In this document: piece after piece, positions 51,401-59,104 of the stretch
Layout: every line of letters starts with the position of its first letter
Numbering within the stretch: position 1 is the stretch's first letter
NCBI RefSeq assembly: GCF_001194135.2
Contig: NC_068990.1
Location: 17,776,002-17,840,001, forward strand
Length of the DNA stretch: 64,000 nt
From: Octopus bimaculoides
Taxonomy: Eukaryota
Direction: 5' to 3'
Program-made: the position numbers and the translations under genes
Notes under the pieces: model-generated
Told to the model about the DNA's origin: nothing
Database searches by the model: none
Seen by the model: the letters and a program-made list of their open reading frames with translations, nothing else

Positions 51401-54400
51401 TTCAGCTATCGAAGTACTTACTGTGCCTAAGTTAAAGAAATATTTAAGATTATATGGACAGTATGTTACTGGAAGAAAGGCAGACNNNNNNNNNNNNNNN
51501 NNNNNNNNNNNNNNNNNNNNNNNNNNNNNNNNNNNNNNNNNNNNNNNNNNNNNNNNNNNNNNNNNNNNNNNNNNNNNNNNNNNNNNNNNNNNNNNNNNNN
51601 NNNNNNNNNNNNNNNNNNNNNNNNNNNNNNNNNNNNNNNNNNNNNNNNNNNNNNNNNNNNNNNNNNNNNNNNNNNNNNNNNNNNNNNNNNNNNNNNNNNN
51701 NNNNNNNNNNNNNNNNNNNNNNNNNNNNNNNNNNNNNNNNNNNNNNNNNNNNNNNNNNNNNNNNNNNNNNNNNNNNNNNNNNNNNNNNNNNNNNNNNNNN
51801 NNNNNNNNNNNNNNNNNNNNNNNNNNNNNNNNNNNNNNNNNNNNNNNNNNNNNNNNNNNNNNNNNNNNNNNNNNNNNNNNNNNNNNNNNNNNNNNNNNNN
51901 NNNNNNNNNNNNNNNNNNNNNNNNNNNNNNNNNNNNNNNNNNNNNNNNNNNNNNNNNNNNNNNNNNNNNNNNNNNNNNNNNNNNNNNNNNNNNNNNNNNN
52001 NNNNNNNNNNNNNNNNNNNNNNNNNAAATACTTTGTTTGGAAAAACAGATGGCAAGGGGTGATCTTTCGATAGTCCATTAAAATTGACGAAATGCTGGGA
52101 ACACATTTGGCTATTTGCAGTGTAAACAAAGTCTTTCCTCACAAGTCTCAATCTCTGAAGCCAAATACGACGAATAGCTACGTTTGCAGGATATCTATGT
52201 AGCGAAATAACTTTGCCGAACCAGTCAGTGCAGTATGTGAGTCGTCTGCGGAAGTTAAAGCAAGTCACTGAGCATGTGTACATGTCATACGGGAGAGTTC
52301 CAATCAGGGGTGATTAACAACCTTATAGGAACCCCCTATAAGGGCCCCACATACACTCTCCTTCCATAGCATCTTGAGCAAGACATTCTCTATAGTTGTA
52401 GGTTGATCACCTGAACATGTGAATGAAATTGGGTGACAGGAACTGTATAGGAGCTCACTGGGTGGCTTGTACCACTAGGCCATGTTGCCTTCACCCTAAC
52501 CATTAGGCCAGGTACCTTCACAGCAATGATTGACTGAAATTCTGTTAACTATCTTTAAGTGGAGAAACTATTAGGGTTGACCAAAAGTCATGAAAATGAA
52601 GTTGGTGCAACAACTTGAAGCCACTTGATTAAGCTGTTAAGGGTTGTGACTTTTAGCTCACCTTGTGCAACGATTGTACTACAAATTTTTCATGATTTAA
52701 ATCATGGAACTATTTATTTTACTCATCTCTTTTTTTTTCTTTTAAATAAATCAGATTTTATGCTAAATATCTAAAGATCTGAAGACTATCACGTCATTAT
52801 TTTAATGTTCACTTTTCCATACTTACATGCTTTGGACTAGTTTGAATGAGGCAGAATTTCTTTGACTGAATGCCCTTTTAATCACCAACCTTCACTTGTT
52901 TCCAAACAAGATGATATTTTCCCATGGCCAGACTGATTTTCACAATACTGGAAACAAATGACTGCCTCATTGCAAGCAACACTCATTAACAACTATCAGA
53001 TGACATTAAGACAAGGACTTAAAAGCATTCACACACACTGTATTTACTCATAAGTTCCTCCCCAGTGTTTTCATTTAAAATCAAATACAAAATAGTGTGA
53101 CTTATGCATGCACATGTATTTACTTGCGTGTGTGTGTTGTTGTTGTTGATGACATCATAAAAATTTACAAACTTTTGAGAGAACCTGGAATATCTTTTTT
53201 GCAATTAGTTCTTGAAGCACACATAAAGCTGTAAATAACAGCATGAAAATATTGAGTTGAAGAACCCTTTTGGATAGAACAGGTTGAAGAGTGTTTGTGA
53301 GACTTGAATTCACATCTCCTGTATGTACGACTTGAATTCACATCCCCTGTATGTACTTTGAGAACCAATTCCAGAAAAGAAATACACACACACAAAGAGC
53401 TTCTTTCAGATTGTCTATAAACCCACTCTCAAAGCTTTGGATGGCTTGGGGCTATATATAGTAGAAGATGCCATGCAGAGGAACTGAACCTGAAACCATG
53501 TGTTTGGGAAGTGGACTACAACCACACTTACACTAAAACTACTATAATACCAAATTCTAACTTCACCTGATTTTGTATTTTATTCTTACCTAGATTGCTA
53601 AACTGGAAACACAGATACAAGATGGTGCTGAGCTTTCAAGTGAACTCATCTTAACAAGGAATAATTTACGCCAATTAGAAGAAACACTTAATGATAAAAA
53701 TAAGGTGAGTTAGTGTTTTTCCTTTCCTTTCAGTAAATTTTGTCTCTTCTGTTGCCATTGTTTGATCTCATCAAACCAGTTTTTTTTGTTTGTTTTCAGT
53801 TGTGTACCTCAGTCTACATTATGCAATTTTTGTTTGTTTTATTCTAAAATAGAAGTGTGATTTGAGGGAGATTTGGTTGCTTGTCATTGCAAGTCTAACA
53901 ACTGGCAAGGTGGCTTGTTCTTATTAGTAATCCAGTATAATTACAAGATCATTTAATGTCCCTATTTCATGCTGACATAGGAGTTGACTGGTTTGATAGG
54001 ATCTGAGGGGTCTTTTTAGCTTGGTTTCTACAGCTGGATGCCCTTTCCAATTCTAACCACTTTAAAGAGTGTGGTTTACATGGCACCAGCACCAATGAGA
54101 CCATCATGAATCTTGCAAGACTATAAACTCCAAGAGAAGCAACTTTATGCTATGAGATGAGGAATTAAAGAATGAGAGAAGGGGCCAGAGCAGAACAGAT
54201 TTGCTGTAGAGGGATCATGTGGCTACTTAGATTTTCAAAGAAGGAGTGGGGGTGTTTGATTGGTCAAGGTGGAACCATAGAAATAATGGTGATAGTGCAT
54301 CTAAGTAACTTTGTGTTCTTCAGAACCAATGTAAAGTGAAATACTTTTCTGTGGGGACAAAACTGGCCATGCAGTTTAAAAAGTTTGCTCAGCTGGTGGA

Positions 54401-55843
54401 TGGCAAAAGCTGTAGCTTGTCAAACAAAATGCTTTGTGGTATTTGGTTATGTTCTGAGTTCAAATTCCATCTAGCTCAACTTTGTGGCAAGTGACGTAAG
54501 TGTTGAGAGTTGAGGCAATTGATTATAAAGAGAGGAATAATAAATCTATGTGAATACTTTAATTAGCTCCAAAAAATTGCTATAGTCGTGAGAATGGTGT
54601 GTTGTGAAGGAATGAAAGCTGTTGTTGATGTCATGAAACAGTTGACTCAACAACAGATTTCCTGGTTTTACATCAACTAATCAATAGGAAATCAATTTCA
54701 ACAAAATTTAGCAGGCATTTGCTTAGAGCCCCAGTTTTTTCTTGCTCCCCCCCCCCATTCCCTGTTTATTTCCTGTAGATGTTTAGGCTGGGTATCAAAC
54801 TGCATTGATCTCTCCTTCCACTACTGAATAACTTTTATAATGTATGGCTGTATTTTAACAATGAAGAACACATTGGAAAGACCTAAGTGAACTAAATGTC
54901 TAATGCTAGCTAGAAGAATTCAAATTCAGAATGAGGTCACATTTGCTTTTGATCTTCTTATTTTACAGTGGTATAATTGATCTGACACCTGTTTCAGCTT
55001 CACCACCTGATCTTTAGGTATCATTAGCAGAGCCTGCTTTATTGCAAGCATTCAGGCCAGATCTGATAACTTCCTTGCTCTTGGTTTCAGAGGGTCATAA
55101 AAGGGCCATGGATGCTACTCCCTTCCCCCAACCAGGTGTCTTAAATGTGTCATTTGCTAGGATTCTCCAGTTCCCTCTGTATTGTGCTGCATGCATACAA
55201 TCAGCCAAGTTTTTGTTTCCAGTCTATTCTTTGATGTTGTTAATCCACAAATGTCTTTGAGAGCCTCTTGAACTCTACACTTCCTGTCAGGATGATCTTT
55301 AGCAATGACTCATGGCACAGTCTCCCATTAAGTAAATGATGGTTCTGGCTTACAACATCCATGCTATCCAATGTGCTTGCTCTCCCACTGGGGAATTTGT
55401 CAAATTTTGAAGCTGGATTTTTTTTTGGGCCACAGGCAGAAGCATTAATGTTGGATGCTGTCAGCATTTGTGAGAGACATGGTGAACTCATTAGTTGGAG
55501 CCAGCTCAATCCAGCCTGGATGAATGCCACCACAGCTACAAGTTGTAGTACATTTGCTATGGAATGCATTGCAGCCATGACTATCCCGTTTTTTTTTTTT
55601 TTTCTGATTACTTTGTGCACTGCATCATTCTTTTAAAATGGTGTGAGATTTAGCAGATCAGCTGACCATATAGTAGCTCTGTCATTGGCTTATGTGGTCT
55701 AAGGGATTTGTTTTTTTGAAACTATATGTATAAATGGCTCTTAGGAAGCTACAAGATGTTGCACAAGCACTGAGCTCTGAATGTATTGCTTATAGCAGAA
55801 ACATCTGTAAGTTAATGATTCTTGTTCTTTTGTCATTCATTCA

Positions 55844-55887
<44 letters not shown>

Positions 55888-56896
55888 CACACATATAATT
55901 CTATGTTTTTAATGGTTATTTTTCTGCAGACACTGAAGAGCCAACAGCAAAAATTAATAGATCTACGGAAAACTCTTCAGAAAGAATTGAAAGTCCAAGC
56001 GCTTCCAAATGACAATCTACCTCCAGACAATCGGGACTCCTCTAACACACCTCCTCTCAAGAGAAAAAACAATCTTGAACAGTCTGTAAATATATCCACT
56101 AGCCTTAATAAGCTGCCTCACGAGGCTTATGCCAAAAGCCTTGAGTTAAACCACATGCGTACTCATTCCGATCTTCCAGTTCATGCAACTGATTCATTCC
56201 GAGTTAAAGCCGACGAGAAAGACGTCAACTTCCTCTACCTGAAACATGTTGTTTTGAAGTTTATGCTGAGCCGAGAGAATGAAGTAAATTTCACTTTTGT
56301 CCTTTTCTTTTTCCTTTCATTTTTTGCTTATCATCATTGTAATGTTCAATTTTCCATGCTCAGATGCCCTTCTGTTGTCAACAGTTGCCAGCTTTCAAAT
56401 AAGGTAATGCTTGCTCAATTTCAGACATGTTTTTCATGGAACAGGAAATGAAAGACACTGCTTGTATGATGGTGACACTCGTTTACAACTATCAATCAAT
56501 GTCAAAACAAGAAGACAGAAATAACCCACCCACCCATGTATATATATCATCATCATTTAACATCCATCTTCCATGCATATATGTAATGAGCTACTTCCAG
56601 TTTCTGGCTACCACATCCTCTCATACAGTCACACCAACACGTTTACAATTATTTCAAGGATGTTAGATATTCTCAATATTTTTGTATATATTTTTTTTTT
56701 TATTCCATTGTAACATTTTATTTTGTTTTTGTTGCAGGCCCTGCAACTAATCCGAGCAGTGTCTGTTCTCCTGAAATTCACACAAGACGAGCAGCAGATG
56801 ATTCGAGATACTCTTGAGTACAAAATGTCCTGGTTTGGGTCACGCCCTTCACTTGGCCGCGGTCAAACTGCCAAAATTATACCACCCTCATTTTAG
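15209..56896 (+). CDS. GOLGA1: Golgin-97 (golgin subfamily A member 1), spliced gene model, 21 coding exons, 864 aa
   Basis: The exons listed below join in frame with GT-AG borders and matching phases (total 2595 nt). The N-terminus [12 protein letters not shown] resembles human [22 protein letters not shown] and [12 protein letters not shown] match golgin-97 segments as I recall them. The C-terminal GRIP domain reads [55 protein letters not shown]. Confidence 0.95.
15578..15687 (+). CDS. GOLGA1: GOLGA1 coding exon 2 (GSPFTSQ...[19 protein letters not shown])
   Basis: ttctttttAG acceptor, GTAAGG donor, phase 1 to 0; Ser-rich segment in a position comparable to human ADSGDDFASDGSSS. Confidence 0.88.
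16451..16669 (-). mobile_element. Young SINE of the abundant GGCGGCGAGCTGGCAGAA...GAGTTCAAATTCC family
   Basis: The reverse strand has Pol III-like A/B boxes and is CpG-rich; possible TSD CTGATTCA (16443/16670). Relatives lie near 21413-21620(+), 28755-29230(+), 31690-31910(-), 33550-33670(-), 37390-37510(+), 41100-41370, 59527-59920(+) and 61910-62100(-). Confidence 0.8.
16947..17034 (+). CDS. GOLGA1: GOLGA1 coding exon 3 ([29 protein letters not shown])
   Basis: ttttttctcttctAG acceptor, GTAAGT donor, phase 0 to 1; resembles human [21 protein letters not shown]. Confidence 0.9.
20541..20890 (-). mobile_element. CORE-type tRNA-derived SINE (GGCTGTGTGGTAAG...GGTTCAGTCCCACTG...CCTTGGGCAAGT family)
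   Basis: tRNA-like head, CCTTGGGCAAGT CORE-like motif, internal (CA/TA)n and a GTAAAAG-type tail. Other copies or fragments lie near 1590-1820, 9196-9355, 11595-11740, 28053-28227, 29440-29620, 32660-32750, 42160-42415, 58866-59100 and 62140-62410. Confidence 0.7.
23481..23540 (+). CDS. GOLGA1: GOLGA1 putative coding exon 4 ([21 protein letters not shown]), symmetric phase 1/1
   Basis: ccattttttcAG acceptor, open frame, 60 nt, donor G|GTTGGT (suboptimal). Exon 3 also joins exon 5 in frame without it. Confidence 0.45.
24696..25018. other. Assembly gap (323 N) in the GOLGA1 intron between exons 4 and 5
   Basis: Run of N. Other gaps: 40379-40388, 51486-52026 and 57502-57511. Confidence 0.99.
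26013..26077 (+). CDS. GOLGA1: GOLGA1 coding exon 5 ([21 protein letters not shown])
   Basis: atttattgcAG acceptor, CAG|GTAACA donor, phase 1 to 0, coiled-coil composition. Confidence 0.85.
26824..26952 (+). CDS. GOLGA1: GOLGA1 coding exon 6 ([11 protein letters not shown]...QELAKIKHL), 129 nt
   Basis: AG/GTAAGG borders, phase 0/0; matches human DELEGFQQQELSKIKHM. Confidence 0.93.
28316..28464 (+). CDS. GOLGA1: GOLGA1 coding exon 7 ([22 protein letters not shown]...LTVE)
   Basis: ccttttctatcttAG acceptor, AG|GTTTGT donor, phase 0 to 2. Confidence 0.9.
30394..30505 (+). CDS. GOLGA1: GOLGA1 coding exon 8 ([13 protein letters not shown]...TYAVKQ)
   Basis: AG/GTATGT borders, phase 2 to 0, consistent with exon 7. 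Confidence 0.88.
31659..31910 (-). mobile_element. SINE of the same family with poly(A) tail and 19-bp TSD
   Basis: GTATGTACTCCTATATATT at 31640-31658 and 31942-31960; poly-T run near 31676-31689 is the tail on the minus strand. Confidence 0.8.
32311..32406 (+). CDS. GOLGA1: GOLGA1 coding exon 9 ([32 protein letters not shown]), 96 nt
   Basis: cttatttcAG / GTAAGT, phase 0/0, heptad leucines. Confidence 0.88.
33213..33341 (+). CDS. GOLGA1: GOLGA1 coding exon 10 ([26 protein letters not shown]...LQSE), 129 nt
   Basis: ttcatttcAG / GTAAGT, phase 0/0; resembles human EKEDVITHLQEKVASLEKRL. Confidence 0.92.
34199..34294 (+). CDS. GOLGA1: GOLGA1 coding exon 11 ([32 protein letters not shown]), 96 nt
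   Basis: ttttctttttctAG / GTAAGA, phase 0/0. Confidence 0.9.
34906..35001 (+). CDS. GOLGA1: GOLGA1 coding exon 12 ([32 protein letters not shown]), 96 nt
   Basis: ttcttcaattctcAG / GTATAT, phase 0/0. Confidence 0.88.
37046..37284 (+). mobile_element. tRNA-headed SINE with a hammerhead-like core in its 3' half
   Basis: A-box TGGCATAGTGG 37056-37066; B-box AGTTCAATTCC 37100-37110; (TAA)n linker; CTGATGA 37195-37201; (GTAAATAAT)2 tail; near-identical flanks ATTATTT(T)CACC at 37035-37045 and 37285-37296. Confidence 0.75.
38163..38917. repeat. TTAA-CCCT-ended MITE-like repeats (piggyBac-like ends), two adjacent copies with a nested RTE tail
   Basis: TTAACCCTTTTGATAC at 38163 and ATAACAAAAGGGTT at about 38905. 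Related copies lie at 719-810/1302-1397, 19348-19570, 33670-33800 and 41033-41785. Confidence 0.5.
38973..39068 (+). CDS. GOLGA1: GOLGA1 coding exon 13 ([32 protein letters not shown]), 96 nt
   Basis: gttttcttgtAG / GTATGT, phase 0/0. Confidence 0.88.
40818..40867 (+). repeat. 21-bp tandem repeat x2.4 (TGATATTTGTCCGCTTTCTTT)
   Basis: Exact units at 40818 and 40839, partial unit at 40860. Confidence 0.9.
41921..42073 (+). CDS. GOLGA1: GOLGA1 coding exon 14 ([17 protein letters not shown]...ADQTI), 153 nt
   Basis: ttgtttttAG / GTAAGT, phase 0/0. Confidence 0.88.
42418..42457. repeat. (TA)20 microsatellite, representative of many
   Basis: Others: (TG)n about 3531-3556, (TC)n 3867-3899, (CAT)n 21093-21114 and 35008-35046, (GA)n 35414-35438, (CA)n about 40240-40262, (TA)n 55846-55884, 57276-57301 and 59076-59104. 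Confidence 0.95.
42458..42870 (+). mobile_element. Decayed RTE-clade LINE 3' fragment following a (TA)20 tract
   Basis: [39 protein letters not shown] is a typical RTE RT C-terminal region. Confidence 0.8.
42908..43245 (+). repeat. Diverged tandem duplication, period about 172 bp
   Basis: CACAC..ACAGGAAAACTTTTC...ACCCCAACAAAC...TCTCTTCCTCA.ATTTCCTC...GGCCCTGTTTC....TATCATTGCTATCTG occurs at about 42909 and about 43081. Confidence 0.75.
46119..46214 (+). CDS. GOLGA1: GOLGA1 coding exon 15 ([32 protein letters not shown]), 96 nt
   Basis: ttcttcttatttaAG / GTAAAA, phase 0/0. Confidence 0.88.
46548..46910 (-). mobile_element. Non-LTR retroelement 3' end with (GAT)n tail (RTE-type tail family), CpG-rich young copy
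   Basis: The minus strand reads ...TGGTTGGCGTTAGGAAGGGCATCTAGCTGTAGAAAC...CCCATGCCAGCATGGAAAGCGGACATTAAACAATGATGATG. The same tail recurs more than 15 times (e.g. 560-680, 15915-16230, 36745-37020, 40415-40510, 43870-44020, 48280-48435). Confidence 0.75.
47555..47644 (+). CDS. GOLGA1: GOLGA1 coding exon 16 ([30 protein letters not shown]), 90 nt
   Basis: ctaactcttccAG / GTAGGT, phase 0/0. Confidence 0.88.
48883..48985 (+). CDS. GOLGA1: GOLGA1 coding exon 17 ([16 protein letters not shown]...QCCTE)
   Basis: gcattttcAG / GTAAGT, phase 0 to 1. Confidence 0.88.
50685..50866 (+). CDS. GOLGA1: GOLGA1 coding exon 18 ([17 protein letters not shown]...DQYRKQ)
   Basis: tttttattttgtAG / GTAGGG, phase 1 to 0. 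An in-frame alternative donor GAG|GTAACA lies at 50839. Confidence 0.87.
51300..52336 (-). mobile_element. THAP-domain DNA transposon derivative with imperfect 15-bp TIRs and TATA flanks (Kolobok-like candidate), interrupted by a 541-N gap
   Basis: Left end GGGCTTTCCTATAAG (51300-51314) versus reverse complement of the right end GGGGGTTCCTATAAG (52322-52336). TATA lies on both sides. Minus-strand ORF from 52283: CSVTC...SLHRYP...W...CSQHF...PLPSVF. Confidence 0.75.
52027..52283 (-). CDS. THAP (C2CH zinc finger) domain, N-terminal fragment of a transposase-like ORF running into the gap
   Basis: C-x3-C-x52-C-x2-H, LHRYP (FHRFP-type motif), invariant Trp, CSQHF and an AVP-like box (PLPSVF); no stops in 85 codons. 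Confidence 0.85.
53301..53356 (+). repeat. 28-bp tandem duplication (GACTTGAATTCACATCYCCTGTATGTAC x2)
   Basis: Two units, one mismatch. Confidence 0.9.
53594..53704 (+). CDS. GOLGA1: GOLGA1 coding exon 19 ([18 protein letters not shown]...LNDKNK)
   Basis: ttcttacctAG / GTGAGT, phase 0/0. KNK continues into TLK of exon 20, like human LEKNKTIK. Confidence 0.9.
55930..56283 (+). CDS. GOLGA1: GOLGA1 coding exon 20 ([21 protein letters not shown]...[16 protein letters not shown]), first half of GRIP domain
   Basis: tttttctgcAG / GTAAAT, phase 0/0; GRIP motif [13 protein letters not shown] with the conserved Tyr. Confidence 0.95.
56738..56896 (+). CDS. GOLGA1: GOLGA1 terminal exon 21 ([14 protein letters not shown]...[26 protein letters not shown])
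   Basis: ttttgttgcAG acceptor; second half of the GRIP domain plus the conserved SWFG; TAG at 56894-56896. Confidence 0.95.
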   Translation, partial: ALQLIRAVSVLLKFTQDEQQMIRDTLEYKMSWFGSRPSLGRGQTAKIIPPSF

Positions 56897-57665
56897 CAAC
56901 CATGTTTTAATTATTGAGACGATTGCCATGGGATATATAAGCATCACCACTTCCACCTTCATTATTATATATCTCTCTCTTTCTTTTGTTCTTTCTTCTT
57001 TATCTCTCTCTCTCTCTTATCATCATCATCATACTCAGTGCTATTTGCTGCTTCACCTATGTAAATGACCACCTTGTATAAAGAAAGGACACTATTTTCT
57101 TATATCTCTTGTATAAACAAATTAATTTAAAAAGAAATAACTGCGGTAACAAAAAAAAAGTAAAATAAAAATGGAAAGAAAAAGACAAGGAACTGACAAT
57201 AAATATACCATCAAAACAAAACTTCCAATCTAGTAGTACAACTAAATATATATATAAATGTGTGTGTGTTTGTGTATATATATATATATATATATATATA
57301 CACAATATAAATTAATATTTATATGCAGTAAGTCTGATGCATGATTGCAGGTGCAAATGCAGTTAGGTAGTGGTACTTGGTAATTCGGTACTTGATTAAC
57401 TCTTGGTATGGCTGTGTATTTATTTTGGTTGCCACTGAAAATAAAAATCTTTTTGTTAAACCCTGTCATCATTTTGGAACCCATGGTTTTTTTTTTTTAA
57501 TNNNNNNNNNNGGCTGTGTATTTATTTTGGTTGCCACTGAAAATAAAAATCTTTTTGTTAAACCCTGTCATCATTTTGGAACCCATGGTTTTTTTTTTTT
57601 AATATATATTTATTCTGTTTTTACCTATTAGGTTGGAGAGAACGTCACATTTTTGAGGGTACTTC

Positions 57666-57681
57666 AATAAATTACAATAAA
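57666..57681 (+). promoter_or_regulatory. Candidate GOLGA1 polyadenylation signals (two AATAAA)
   Basis: AATAAA at 57666-57671 and 57676-57681, followed by a T-rich tract near 57710-57735. Another AATAAA lies at 57198. Confidence 0.4.
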
Positions 57682-57769
57682 ATAAGAATTAATTTTTACA
57701 TTCTAATGCTTTTCTCTTTTTTTTTTTTTTTTTGCAGATTACTTCATATCAATTTTTACCCTTTTAAAA

Positions 57770-58650
57770 TGAGTTTATATCAGATCCGTATCAGACAGTG
57801 CATGCTATATGCTTTGAAAAGAGGTTCTTCAGTAATGAAATGACAAGAAATATTCATTCTGTTTGTGGAGATGAAGCTTTCTGTGTCTGCACCTGTGCAC
57901 AATGGTTTGGCTAATTTCATTTGAGAAATTTTTCTCTCACATATTTCTTTTGATCTGAATGACTAAACTCAGTTAATATTGAGCATCTGTAAACCATATT
58001 TGAGGAAGATACAAAGCAAACTGCATAAGAATTTGCAAAACAGTTCATTCAAGTTACATTTCCGAGATCATGACAGTGTTTTATGATTAAAGTTTATCTG
58101 AATTCAATCAGTGGGTCTTTCTAAGCTTAATCAAAAAATTGCCCTCTGCATGTCTTAGGAGAATAGACTTGCTACTGAACCTTTCTTGGGTACAATCAAC
58201 TCAAGTGATGAAAAATGGGTTCTCTATAATCATATCCAACTTCATTGGTTAGCAGTTAATGGAAAAGGAGAGCCCATCCCTAAATCAGTACATCTCAAAA
58301 AAAGTTACGCTTTGTGTATGAAGGGTTTCATCTATCATTAAATGTTAAACCAAAATGAAGCAGTTAATGCAGAGAAGTATCATTCTGCAAATAAAAATTT
58401 GCAGAAAATGCACACTTCATTGGTCAATTGCCCAATGAATATTGCTCTTATATGATAATACAAGATTACATATTGCCCAAGTTACTTAGAAAAAATTGTA
58501 GCACTAAAAATACGGAAGTTTTGCTTCATCTTAGACTATTGTCTTTCCACGATTAATAAATTATTTTTACTCTATATAATGTTGCAATGATCTAAGAAAG
58601 ATTAAAAATGATATTGTTTCTTTGCTTCAAAACCTGCAGAATTTTATACC
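57770..58650 (+). mobile_element. Decayed mariner transposase, a second subfamily
   Basis: IRIRQCMLYALKRG (about 57784), SSDEKWVLYNH (58201-58233, first catalytic Asp) and LLYDNTRLHIAQVT (from 58445, second Asp); stops and frameshifts. Confidence 0.8.
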
Positions 58651-59072
58651 TAAGAAATAAATAATCTACTAAATAGATCATATTATCTTGATTAAATATA
58701 TCAAGACCAAAGAAGTATTTGTTTCTTTCCCCATCTTGAAATGCAGAGGAATTTTCTTTCCAGCCTAATATTGTTTTCCTAATGTCATTGTTTTATTACT
58801 TTACAAACTCTTGCTAGTGAAGAAAAATATACAGGTGTGAAGCCAATGATAACAAGAATACGCTTTACTCTTTTACTTGTTTCAGTCATTTAATTGTGGC
58901 CATGCTGGAGCACTGCCTGTAGTCGAGCAAATCGACCCCAAGACTTATTCTTTGAATGCCTAGTACTTATTCTATCGGTCTATTTTGCCGAACTGCTAAG
59001 TTACAGGGATGTAACCACACCACCATCGGTTGTCAAGCGATGTTGTGGGGGACAAACACAGACACACACACA

Positions 59073-59104
<32 letters not shown>

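Noticed and set aside
57411-57600. Exact ~90-bp duplication on either side of a 10-N gap in the 3' UTR
   Set aside because: Identical copies flanking a 10-N spacer are the signature of unmerged overlapping contig ends, so this is an assembly artefact.
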